NCBI GenBank assembly: GCA_030390025.1
Contig: CM059438.1
Location: 63,676,001-63,740,000 of the forward strand
Source: Squalus acanthias
Lineage: Eukaryota
Reading direction: 5' to 3'
DNA: 64,000 bases
The position numbers and the translations under genes were made by a program. The first letter of the stretch is position 1. Each line of letters starts with the position of its first letter. The notes under the pieces are model-generated. The model had not been told where the DNA came from. It did no database searches and saw only the letters and a list, made by a program, of their open reading frames with translations. Shown here piece after piece: positions 12,501 to 24,391 of the stretch.

Positions 12501-15500
12501 TTCTGTGCTGTATCATTCTATGATTCCGTGCTGTAGCATTCTATGATTCTGTGTTGTATCAATCTATGATTCTGTGCTGTGTGATTCTATGATTCTGTGC
12601 TGTATCATTCTATGATTCTGTGTTGTATCATTCTATGATTCTGTGCTGTATCATTCTATGATTCTATGCTGTATCATTCTATGATTCTGTGCTGTATCAT
12701 TCTATGATTCTGTGCTGTATCATTCTATGATTCTGTGCTGTATCATTCTATGATTCTGTGTTGTATCATTCTATGATTCTCTGTTGTATCATTCTATGAT
12801 TCTGTGCTGTATCATTCTATGATTCTGTGTTGTATCATTCTATGATTCTGTGTTGTATCATTCTATGATTCTGTGTTGTATCATTCTATGATTCTATGCT
12901 GTATCATTCTCTGAAGCTGTACTGTATCATTCTATGATTCTGTGCTGTATCATTCTATGATTCTGTGCTGTATCATTCTATGATCTGTGCTGTATCATTC
13001 TATGATTCTGTGCTGTATCATTCTATTATTCTGTGCTTTATCATTCTATGATTCTGTGCTGTATCATTCTATGATTCCGTGCTGTAGCATTCTATGATTC
13101 TGTGTTGTATCAATCTATGATTCTGTGCTGTGTGATTCTATGATTCTGTGCTGTATCATTCTATGATTCTGTGTTGTATCATTCTATGATTCTGTGCTGT
13201 ATCATTCTATGATTCTCTGTTGTATCATTCTATGATTCCGTGCTGTATCATTCCATGATTCTGTGCTGTATCATTCTATGATTCTGTGCTGTATCATTCT
13301 ATGATTCTGTGCTGTATCATTCTATGATTCTGTGCTGTATCATTCTATGATTCTGTGTTGTATCATTCTATGATTCTCTGTTGTATCATTCTATCATTCT
13401 GTGCTGTATCATTCTATGATTCTGTGTTGTATCATTCTATGATTCTGTGTTGTATCATTCTATGATTCTGTGTTGTATCATTCTATGATTCTATGCTGTA
13501 TCATTCTATGATTCTGTGTTGTATCATTCTATGATTCTGTGTTGTATCATTCTATGATTCTCTGTTGTATCATTCTATGATTCTGTGCTGTATCATTCTA
13601 TGATTCTGTGCTGTATCATTCTATGATTTTGTGTTGTATCATTCTATGATTCTGTGTTGTATCATTCTATGATTCTCTGTTGTATCATTCTATGATTCTG
13701 TGTTGTGTCATGCTATGATTCTGTGCTGTATCATTCTATGATTCTGTGTTGTGTCATTCTATGATTCTATGCTGTATCATTCTATGATTCTGTGCTGTGT
13801 CATTCTATGATTCTGTGTTGTGTCATTCTATGATTCTGTGCTGTATCATTCTATGATTCTGTGCTGTATCATTCTATGATTCTGTGCTGTATCATTCTAT
13901 GATTCTGTGTTGTATCATTCTATGATTCTTTGTTGTGTCATTCTATGATTCTGTGTTGTATCATTCTATGATTCTGTGCTGTATCATTCTATGATTCTGT
14001 GCTGTATCATTCTATGATTCTGTGTTGTATCATTCTATGATTCTTTGTTGTGTCATTCTATGATTCTGTGTTGTATCATTCTATGATTCTGTGCTGTATC
14101 ATTCTATGATTCTGTGTTGTATCATTCTATGATTCTGTGCTGTATCATTCTATGATTCTGTGCTGTATCATTCTAAGATTCTGTGTTGTATCATTCTATG
14201 ATTCTGTGCTGTATCATTCTATGATTCTATGCTGTATCATTCTATGATTCTGTGCTGTATCATTCTATGATTCTGTGTTGTATCATTTTATGATTCTATG
14301 CTGTATCATTCTATGATTCTGTGTTGTATCATTCTATGATTCTGTGCTGTGTCATTCTATGATTCTGTTCTGTATCATTCTATGATTCTGTGTTGTGTCA
14401 TTCTATGATTCTATGCTGTATCATTCTATGATTCTGTGCTGTATCATTCTATGATTCTGTGTTGTATCATTCTATGATTCTGTGCTGTATCATTCTATGA
14501 TTCTGTGCTGTATCATTCTATGATTCTGTGTTGTATCATTCTATGATTCTGTGCTGTATCATTCTATGATTCTCTGTTGTATCATTCTATGATTCTGTGC
14601 TGTATCATTCTATGATTCTGTGCTGTATCATTCTATGATTCTGTGTTGTATCATTCTATGATTCTGTGCTGTATCATTCTATGATTCTGTGCTGTATAAT
14701 TCTATGATTCTGTGCTGTATCATTCTATGATTCTGTGCTGTGTCATTCTATGATTCTGTGCTGTATAATTCTATGATTCTGTGTTGTATCATTCTATGAT
14801 TCTCTGTTGTATCATTCTGTGATTCTGTGCTGTATCATTCTATGATTCTGTGCTGTATAATTCTATGATTTTGTGCTGTATCATTCTATGATTCTGTGCT
14901 GTATCATTCTATGATTCTGTGTTGTATCATTCTCTGAAGCTGTGCTGTATCATTCTATGATTCTGTGCTGTATCATTCTATGATTCTGTGCTGTATCATT
15001 CTATGATTCTGTGCTGTATCATTCTATGATTCTGTGCTGTATCATTCTATGATTCTGTGCTGTATAATTCTATGATTCTGTGCTGTATCATTCTATGATT
15101 CTGTGCTGTATCATTCTATGATTCTGTGCTGCATCATTCTATGATTCTGTGCTGTATAATTCTATGATTCTGTGCTGTATAATTCTGTGATTCTGTGCTG
15201 TATCATTCTATGATTCTGTGCTGTATAATTCTATGATTTTGTGCTGTATCATTCTATGATTCTGTGCTGTATCATTCTGTGATTCTGAGCTGTATCATTC
15301 TATGATTCTGTGCTGTATAATTCTATGATTCTGTGCTGTATCATTCTATGATTCTGTGCTCTATCATTCCATGATTCTGTGCTGTATCATTCTATGATTC
15401 TGTGCTGTATCATTCTATGATTATGTGATGTATCATTCTATGATTCTGTGCTGTATCATTCTATGATTCTGTGCTGTATAATTCTATGATTCTGTGCTGT

Positions 15501-16070
15501 ATCATTCTATGATTCTGTGCTCTATCATTCCATGATTCTGTGCTGTATCATTCTATGATTCTGTGCTGTATCATTCTATGATTCTGTGCTGTATCATTCT
15601 ATGATTCTGTGCTGTATCATTCTATGATTCTGTGCTGTATCATTCTGTGATTCTGAGCTGTATCATTCTATTATTCTGTGCTGTATCATTCTATGATTAT
15701 GTGATGTATCATTCTATGATTCTGTGCTGTATCATTCTATGATTCTGTGCTGTATAATTCTATGATTCTGTGCTGTATCATTCTATGATTCTGTGCTCTA
15801 TCATTCCATGATTCTGTGCTGTATCATTCTATGATTCTGTGCTGTATCATTCTATGATTCTGTGCTGTATCATTCTATGATTCTGTGCTGTATCATTCTA
15901 TGATTCTGTGCTGTATCATTCTGTGATTCTGAGCTGTATCATTCTATTATTCTGTGCTGTATCATTCTATGATTCTGTGCTGTATCATTCTATGATTCTG
16001 TGCTGTATCATTCTATGATTCTGTGCTGTGTGATTCTATTATTCTGTGGTGTATCTTTTTATGAGTCTAT
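3555..16070 (+). repeat. Tandem satellite, 23-bp unit TTCTGTGCTGTATCATTCTATGA, about 540 copies, with higher-order duplications
   Basis: Unit directly visible; rare variants recur at spacings of 4439 bp (193 units), 4416 bp (192 units) and 782 bp (34 units). Confidence 0.99.
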
Positions 16071-16139
16071 TTGCATTAAATATTTACTGTGGCTGAGGCA
16101 GTTCTGTGGGAAAATCAGCCATTACATAAAGTTATGTCG

Positions 16140-16385
16140 AGTCTACAGCAAAGAAACAGGCCATTTGCCCTAACAGGTCTATGCCTGCATTTATGCTCCA
16201 CACGAGGCTGCTCCCACCTTACTTCATTGAACAATATCAGCATAACCTCCTATTTTTTCTCCCTCGCGTGTTTATCTAGCTTCCCCTTAAATGCATCTCT
16301 GCGAGTAGCCTCTACTACTTCTTGTGGTAGCGAGTTCCACATTCTCACCACTCTCTGGGTAAAGACATTGCTCCTGAACTGTGTT
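16140..16385 (-). mobile_element. CR1 LINE 3' fragment
   Basis: TTCCCCTTAAATGCATCT...GGTAGCGAGTTCCACATTCTCACCACTCTCTGGGTAAAG is the reverse complement of a CR1 ORF2 end/3' UTR (cf. 51043-51170). Confidence 0.8.
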
Positions 16386-16841
16386 TGAAACTTGCTACAT
16401 GCAATGGAAGGAAGAACATTTCTGTATAGTATTTATTTACATGGCTTTGGGTGGACTGAAGAAAGTTTTTATCAATGAACTTCAGTTGGCTGCGGCTGGG
16501 ACATACAGGGTCAATTCCTGACGTCGCACTATCGGTGGGAAGTCCATCCTGTCTGAAGCTTATTTCGGACATTCCAACGATCGCTATCTTGGTTTGTCCT
16601 ATCATTTAAGTTGATTATCATTAAAATCGTACACCTTATGTGCCCAAATTTCCAATATGTGATTCAGACAGGTGAGGCTCCATTCTTACAGCATACAATA
16701 AGAAAATGCCCCCGAGGGAGATCGTCCTTCTCAGTATCTGCGGTGGGCAAATGTGCGATACTGGTCTGAGATTGTTCATGTTTCCCATGAGATTTGAGCT
16801 GTCTGTAGGAGAACAGGCACTGTAGATAGGGGTGGGCTAAG

Positions 16842-18410
16842 CTACATAGTGAGACAGTGTCCCCTTTGGTGCCAATCCGGGAATGCCTGAAGGTTCTGCT
16901 GGAGATGCTTGTAGCCCTGCAGCAGCTCCTCCACTTGTTCGCCAAAGAAGTCGTCAGCACCACAGGGTATCTGCAGTAGTTGGTGCTGCAGTTTCTGAAG
17001 GAACCGCAAGGCACGCAGCCAAGCTTTGTGGTGATTGGAGCATCCACTGGACGATAGACCCTGCTCCTGCATTGAGGGCACCCACACAGCCTGCTGCTGC
17101 AGCAATGCTCTCTGAAGCTGGTCCTCACTCTGTGGCAGGGATTGCTCCCTCAACTCATTGTGACGCATTAGCGTGCTGATAAGAAAAGTAATCCCAGTGG
17201 ATTTGGTGGCATGCAATATGGATACGTGCCAAACCATGCAGGAAGGTCTGCCAGATCTCACGTGTCTCACCATTTGGATTCTGGGCGTGGGTGGAACAGG
17301 ACTAGTTTCCTGGACAGTAACAGTTCTTCTGATGCTTTCATGACTGTGTTTCAACAGCTGGATCAGCAAACTGAAAGTGTGAAGCAGGGTGGCGGAGGCA
17401 CTATTGACGCTGTCTACCTTGGCCATAACCGGAGGGTGCTTATCAAGTCCCCCCAACTGCCCTGGAGATTGGTAGGACGAATCCAGCAATGGTCAGTGCC
17501 TGAGGCAATTAAAGACTCAACCCTTCAGGTGCAGCTACCTTGAACTGAACCGGCAGGGAAGGTTGATAGAAAGCCCTGGGAGCAGTGATGAGGGCAGCTC
17601 TATCAGCTACGAGCTCGTGACTACAAGCACCAATTGAGTTAAACCCCAGAGACATGAGCTCCTGCAACTTGGGGGAGGTGCTACTGAGGCACACGTAACC
17701 TTTCTGGGAATGAGAGCCCTTGGAACCTGGATGCCATTCAGGAGAAGGAAGGAATGGCTCCATAGTGGTTGGTGGGGAGGAGACACAGATCTTTCAAAAA
17801 ACGAACGGAGACCTGCGACTGCCCTCACCAAAGTGGAACTCACCCGCAGCATAGGTGACCTTGAGCGGGGCCGCGTCCTCAGAGGGTGGTGCCCATAAAT
17901 GAGCTGGTGCCAAGTGGAGACCAGTATCCCGGGGCTGGGTTGGTGTCACCTGAGGGGACGACGGATGCCTCTGGTGAAGAACTCACCAACAGTAGCTGAC
18001 AGCGCTTGTCAGAACCAGGCTGATTCTGACACCAGTAGGCATGGACACCTCAGAGCTAGCTGGTGCCAGAGGAGGACTCTTCCTCTTTATCCTAGGAGGC
18101 CTCCCCACAAATCATTACCGGGGCTTCACCCGATGGTGTGGACTGGGATGGAAGGGACTGGTTGGCGAATGGCCTTAACAAGCCCGTCCCACTCTACACC
18201 ATCGAGGCAACAACTGGAGCGTCCCCCTTGAGTCTTTCCTGTTCAGTGCCAAGGTGGACACCCATCCGACATTGATCGGAGATGAATGTATGGACTGGGC
18301 CCTAACCAGTGCCAGTGCAATTAACCCTGAGCAGTGCTGAACTGAGCCTGGAGTTGGAGCAGGGTTGCTGCTTGATGCTGATGCAGGGACATGATAGCTG
18401 GATGTGAAGT
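16842..18410 (-). pseudogene. Decayed DIRS-type retrotransposon ORF1 (gag / LAP2alpha-like domain)
   Basis: C-terminal motif HHKAWLRALRFLQKLQHQLLQIPCGADDFFGEQVEELL resembles the R-x-x-W-L...LP-x-x-G-x-x-LFG motif of DIRS1 gag/LAP2alpha; LDSSYQSP...LDKHPPV motif upstream; Ser/Arg/Pro-rich stretch further upstream; broken across frames. Confidence 0.5.
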
Positions 18411-18599
18411 TCCAGCCTGGGGGGGTGGGGGGTGGGGGGGGGGGGGGGGGGTGCAAATTTATAAATTAACAATAGAAAGAGATGTCAGAATAAGTTAAGG
18501 CGGAGCTGGTAGGAATGGCTTTCCCGGTGACCTTAGTGTCCAAACTACGACCGTCACACTATCGGCAGCCTCTGTGAGCCCCTGCAAACAAGTCAACAA

Positions 18600-18880
18600 G
18601 TGTCTTTATCTGATTCAATATTTATCCAACTTTCCCTTAAAAGATGCGATGGTCTTTGCATCAACCACAACCCATGGTAAAACATTCTATGCTCCAAACA
18701 ACTCTAAAGAAATGTCTCCTAACGTCTCTTCTCACTCGGTGATTGTTGCCCCCCCCCCTTCAATGACTCCTCAACCAGAGGAAATAGCCTTTCCCTATAA
18801 ACTTCATAAAAACCCTTCATAATTTTAACAACCTCAATGAAATCTCTTCTTGGCTCCTCTGCTGCAGTTGAAATAGCCCG
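18600..18880 (-). mobile_element. Decayed CR1 3' fragment
   Basis: Minus-strand translation RRDFIEVVKIMKGFYEVYRERLFPLVEES resembles the CR1 ORF2 C-terminus RGDLIEVYKIMRG.DR.D...LFPL. Confidence 0.75.
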
Positions 18881-20624
18881 AGCACTGACGCTGGATGAGA
18901 TTGGGGGATGGGGCCTGTGGATGAGGCACAACCAATCGAGCAAGGGGCTAAGCTTCTTTCCAGACACTTTCTTTGCTTAAATCATCAGAATCAATGAATC
19001 AGCTCCTAACCTTTAATTTTGCCATCAGTTCCTTTCTCTGACATCTATTTGTGTTGTTAATTCTTGTCTTATTTGATTATGCTCATTTTTTGAATCTGTT
19101 TTAATCACTTTATCCTGTAAGGTGCACAAAGTAAACAAAGGTGGTGGGTTGACCCTTATATTTTGTTCAAACTGGGTGTCTGGGATGGGAAAGTAATGCG
19201 GCAAAAGGGAGAGAGGGGGATTAACACCATCTCCAGTCATTGACTGCGCATTTAGATGGTTCTGTGGGGAGGGGGGCGGGTGGGGTGGTGGTGGTGGCGG
19301 GGGGGGGGTGTTGGTTGTTGGTTATCAATAAAAAACATATTAAACGATGTAGAGTTGGCACTGAGAAATGGATGGAAGACAGGGATGGCATGAGGAAAAT
19401 TTCAGTTGCACTGCACCCTCCTTTGTGGTATCTCTACTGGCTTTGAATTGATTTTGGTCAGAATAAGCTCTCTCTTATTTTAGATTCACTTGTTTTTGTG
19501 GTTTTGTTCCTCACAACTTTAGTCTGTGGGTATTTTGATCAAAACCCCGATATCCTCTTGCTCATCCTGATACCAACCTGTGGCAGGAGAAGAAATTACA
19601 CACAAAAATACTGGATTGCAACAAGGACAACCACAGACATATATCTCATCTCACATAGCAAACTGTTTAACCTGTAAATACTTAATGCAGATTCTGGGTG
19701 CAAAACTTATCGACTTGTTTCTTTTCGTGTAATGTTACCGGCTAGAGATTCTGACGCCACCTGAGTATTGAAGGCCGAAGATTCCACCGGTTCTGGAGTT
19801 GGACAATTGACACCTTCTTCAGAATCAGAGAGAAGGTCCAGAATGGCTGGCAAGCTATCAGGTGAACCAGGGTCACTGGCACAAGAGGAGCTGTCTGACA
19901 CGATCGGAGTGCTTTAGATGGCAGTACCAGAGACAGCTGACCCGAGAGATCCTGGGCAAGGACCCAGGGATTGGCAAGGCCAGACGATACCAGTAACACC
20001 TGGGTCAAGAGATTCTCCCCGACTCCTTCAGTATCATTGTCTGAGGCTAAGCCCAAGCCCCATTTTTTTTTAACATTTTTAATTGATAGAGTGTCAATGC
20101 ACTGAGTTCAATTGAGAAATAAACATTTCCAGAACAAAATAATTCAGGAGTAATATTTCCATTTTCTGTTTCAAACAGCCACTATCTCTCCCCCCACTCC
20201 AGAATACAGTATTTTCTGAACTTCAAATATTGCACAACTCAAAATAATGGAAGAAATTGGACAAAATAATGGAAGAAATTGGAACAGTACCTATTTGCTA
20301 CAATTGCTGACTCTGTGAGAGTCTCTCCGTCTTGTGAAGGTTTTCCCACCTCCCTCTCTGAGCTCTCTTCATATCCTCTGTGTCTGACTCTCTTTTCTCT
20401 TTCTCTGTATCTACTCCCTATCTCCAGCTCTTCCTCTGTCAATGCCTTCTCTCCCTCTCCAAGACTTCCATTCTCTCCCAGTCTGCTGGCTTGGTTTGTT
20501 CTATTGAGAGGACTTGTAATCGGTTTTCCAATGAGGAAAATAAACTTTGAGTTTTGCAGCTCAGGAAAATGGGTTGAGGTTACAGTGGGGCCAGGCTGGG
20601 ATTCCGTAATTGTAGAATCATAGG

Positions 20625-21852
20625 AGGCAGATGGAGTATAATGTGGGGAAATGTGAAATTATCCACTTTGGTAGGAAAAATAGAAAACAGAGGGCCAGAA
20701 ATTCGTTCCCTGGCTTCCCGCGGGTGCAAGGATCGCGTGCATACCTACCTACCGCGCCTGCCGTTGACCTCTGGGCCCACGGGGACTTCAGCTCCTGGGC
20801 CTCCTGCAGCTGCCGGCGCGCAGTGCTTGTGTATCCCAGGGGCGTAGTTAGTGCGATGCGTCCCCTGGGATCACGTGGGCCATGGAGAGCCAATGGCAGC
20901 AGACCATCTTTCATTCATAGATTTGACAGGAAGACCTGTCAAATCTATGAATACAGATCGGCCCCAAAACATCCCTAAAACTACAAATAAATTTAAAAAA
21001 ACATCACATTTTTAAAATAACTATAAATTACATTAATTAACTATTTTAAACAAATTTTAATTTTTGAAAAAATTAATAAAATTTTTTAACGGGGCTAAAA
21101 CTAAACTTACCTTTCTTTAAAGTAATTAAAAAAGATAAATCTGTGAAAAAAATGTTTAAATTTTAATAAAATCATCCTTTTTAAAAGTGTATCTTCTCCG
21201 TGCTTACCCTCACGGAGGAACCTGTAAAAAAATCCGAATTGCGAGGCGAACGCGCTGGCCCTCCGGCGTGCGCGTTCGACCTCTGAACCCCTTTCCTCAG
21301 GGGAACGGAAGTGCCGGTTCCCGCGCATGCGCAGTGCATGCAAGAAACCGGCACTTTCATTCCATCCACGGGTGAGTACACAGTGCGTACTCACCCGACA
21401 ACAGACGAATTTCTGCCCCAGAATATTCTTTAAAAGGTGAGAGACTAGTAAATGTTGGTATTCAGAGAGATTTGGGGGTTCTTGTACATGAATCACGGAA
21501 AGTTAACATGTAGGTACAGGAGGCAAATGGTATGTTGGCCTTTATTGCACGGGCATTGGAGTAGAAGAGTAAGGAAGTCTTGCTGCAATTATATAGGGCT
21601 TTGGTGAGACCACACGTGGAGTACTGTGTACTGTTTAATCTCCTTACTGAAGGAAGGATATTCTTGCCTTGGAGGGGGTGGAATTTTCTACCCCAGAGGG
21701 CACTGGATGCTCAGTCGATGAGCATAATCACGACTGAGATCGATAGATTTTTGGGCACTCAGGGCATCAAGGGATACGCAGATAGGGCAGGAAAGGTGAA
21801 TAGATGTAGAGGGGCTGTATGGCCTACTCCTGCTCCTATTTCTTATGTTCTT
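20625..21852 (+). mobile_element. Decayed, internally deleted CR1 ORF2/3' fragment interrupted by a MITE
   Basis: MEYNVGKCEIIHFGRKNRK before the [19 protein letters not shown] after it; tail TTCTTATGTTCT. Confidence 0.85.
20692..21419. mobile_element. PIF/Harbinger-type non-autonomous DNA transposon (MITE), 728 bp
   Basis: 15-bp TIRs GGGCCAGAAATTCGT / ACGAATTTCTGCCCC (1 mismatch); 3-bp TSD AGA at 20689-20691 and 21420-21422; removing it restores the CR1 sequence; AT-rich centre. Confidence 0.9.
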
Positions 21853-23120
21853 TATCATACAGCACAGAATGGAACCATTCGGCCCATTGTGACTGTGCCA
21901 GCTCTTTGAAAGAGCTATCCAATTAGTCCCACTCCCATGCTCTTACCCCCATAAGACTTAAAATGTGTGCTTTTAAGTCTATATCCAATTCCCTTTTGAA
22001 AGTTGACACCTGGGCCAGTGTCAGTTGCGGTGGGGCCGGTACCAAGCTTGGTCAACGCAGCTTCAGTGGGATCACTGGCGAGGAGGAACATCCAGCCATA
22101 ACTTGGGGGTCCAGTAAATATCGGTAACTGCACTCCAGGCCTTGACCTACCTGTGGGTAAAGTCACAGGAGATCTCGCAGTAACAACAAATGAAGTGCTT
22201 GACCCTGCAGTGCCCTCAGTGTTATTGGACCAAATGATGACTTTAGCCCGCCGATCATCGCAGCCGATCCCCCATCTACTGCTGCTCAATTACAGCAAAG
22301 AAGTGGACAATTTGGATTGTCCACCTGTGCCCAGTGCAAGCCATTCAACTGATCCCCCGCTAATCCTTGCCTTTCCGCATATCCTTTTCCATTCTACCTT
22401 CTCAAATATCCCAATCCTATTTAAATGGTTTGACAGTTTCCGTTTTAATAGCAAGTTATTCTAATACCCCTCTGTGTGAAGAGTTTCTTCAACTCCCTCC
22501 TTCGTTCTTCGAGTCTTAACCCTGAGCTCTCAGTGCTGGTGGACACTTTGAGTAGCTGATTATTCAGTTGTTCTCTCTCTCTCTCCCTCTCAGCCTCTCC
22601 TCTTACTTATTCCCAGTCATTCCATTCCAAAACTGCACTCTGAGTGGGACCCTACTCAACAACAATCAGCGGTTTAAATAGGGAGGCTCTCGAATGTTTA
22701 AATGGTGGGTTCAGGCTGACTCCCCCACTGTTTATATTGTCCGACCACGCTGAGTTGTCCCACAGACTAGCCCAGGGTCCAGGGCAAGCTGCTCACAACA
22801 AGCAACATGTAATGACCAAGAAAACCTACACATTTTATACAGACTGGTTTCAGTTTCCAGGATTTGAGCCTTTATATTTGAACGGACACTACAGCGGATT
22901 TAACTGTCACTCACTCTGACCTCTGCAGGGAATGATACAAACTGGAACTACAGGTATAATCAAATCTATTACAACAACCTTCTGAGTGTCAGCTGGCTAG
23001 TGATATTTCCATTGTGCACGCTCTTTTCACAAAGTAAACCAGTTCAGAACTTTTACCCGACCACATTCACTCCTAGATAGTTCAGCCCATTAGTCACAGT
23101 CAGTGCAGCTTGCTTTCCTT

Positions 23121-24391
23121 TGTGAAGGAATACGCCATATTCAGAAAAATACACCATCCTATGAAAGAATTTTGACTTCATTAAAACATGACATACTGGG
23201 CTTGAAAATCTGGAAGCCTCAACAATCTAAAGCTGTGAACAGCATACAGGCTTTTGAGATAAGATAAGTTGTTGACACTGAAACAATAGCCTTAATGAAA
23301 CAGAAGGTTAAAGGTTCCCAAAAGTCTGAAGCCTTGGAAAGAACACAATGGCATACCCAGTTAAGGTGTCTTAAACCAACACTTTGGAATGAAACACAGA
23401 AAGATAAAGAAACATATGCCTTCATAAAAATGACATCAAATGAAATAGGGAGACACGAGTCTGTGTTACAACCAACTGAGGTAACTAAGAAGACATTGGT
23501 GCATCCGGTTGAGGTGTTCTAAATGCAAAAGATACAAACAGAAGACCTTGGTAAGAATGGCATCAAGTGGGGGAGGCAACAGCCATCACATTGTTTTTGT
23601 GTTGAACTTGAAACACCTAAAGGAGAGACACGAGTCTGAATGCTACCAGCTGATCTAACTGTAAGAATAGAAGGGGTCAGCAGAAAAATGACTAGAGATA
23701 ATTAAAATACATCAGCAGAAAACTTCAAAGGAAATACCACTGAGAAAGGGTATAAAAATTGGACTTTCAAATGGGAAGATAGATTCGCTGTAAAGGGGAA
23801 AAGCGATTCTCAGGCTTCAGAGGCAAGCTCTGTAAGTCTTCAACTCTTTGAGTCTCGGGGATCAAGGTACTTGTATTTAATTTTGGTGGATATCCTGGAA
23901 TAAGACTAAGAAATGTAAAAATGTAACGAAGTTAAGATTGGAGAATAAGGATCTCTGATAAGATTGTAAAAGCTTACTCTTTTTGGAATTGTTAAAGTTG
24001 CGATTGAATCACCAACTGTAATTACATGTCGGTTCTTTAATAAATCTATATATTTTTAGAATTATCTCACATAATACTTCTGTATCAAACTCGCAAACTC
24101 AATCTCTGTACACTCTTTGGTGAGGAGTTGCAGAATTCTGGGGGAGTTTTCCAGACCCTCATAATATCCGGAAGGTTACAGTCTAGCTAAACTTATTAAA
24201 AGTGCTATCTGGAGGACGGTAACATCTTCAGGCTGTTCCTTTCCTTTAGGGAGAGATAGTCTGGACCTTTAGACCCAATTAAGCATCTTTAGGATTCGGC
24301 TACTTCTAACTTTAGTTGAAGGTGAACGTCTGGGGAATATGCCTGATCCGGGGTAGCCCAAAAGGGGCTGGGACTAGTAATAATCCCTTCA
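23121..24391 (+). mobile_element. Solo LTR (ERV/LTR retroelement), 1271 bp
   Basis: TGTGAAGG...CCCTTCA termini; 4-bp TSD CCTT; empty site TTTCCTTCACTTAAA present in the other array copies; TATAAAA at ~23751; AATAAA at ~24039. Confidence 0.88.

Noticed and set aside
3555..16070. CRISPR-like array
   Set aside because: Units are contiguous with no unique spacers, there are no cas genes, and the context is eukaryotic.
18419..18452. Poly-G runs (also ~19267-19310, 38939-38962, 46460-46480) as functional elements
   Set aside because: Simple homopolymer-like tracts with no supporting context; their lengths are also error-prone in assemblies.
21915..22289. Cadherin-like motifs (PIFTGPPSY, TATDTG) in the minus-strand ORF
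   Set aside because: Lacks the DxNDN, LDRE and DxD calcium-binding motifs, and the resemblance is not kept in sister copies.
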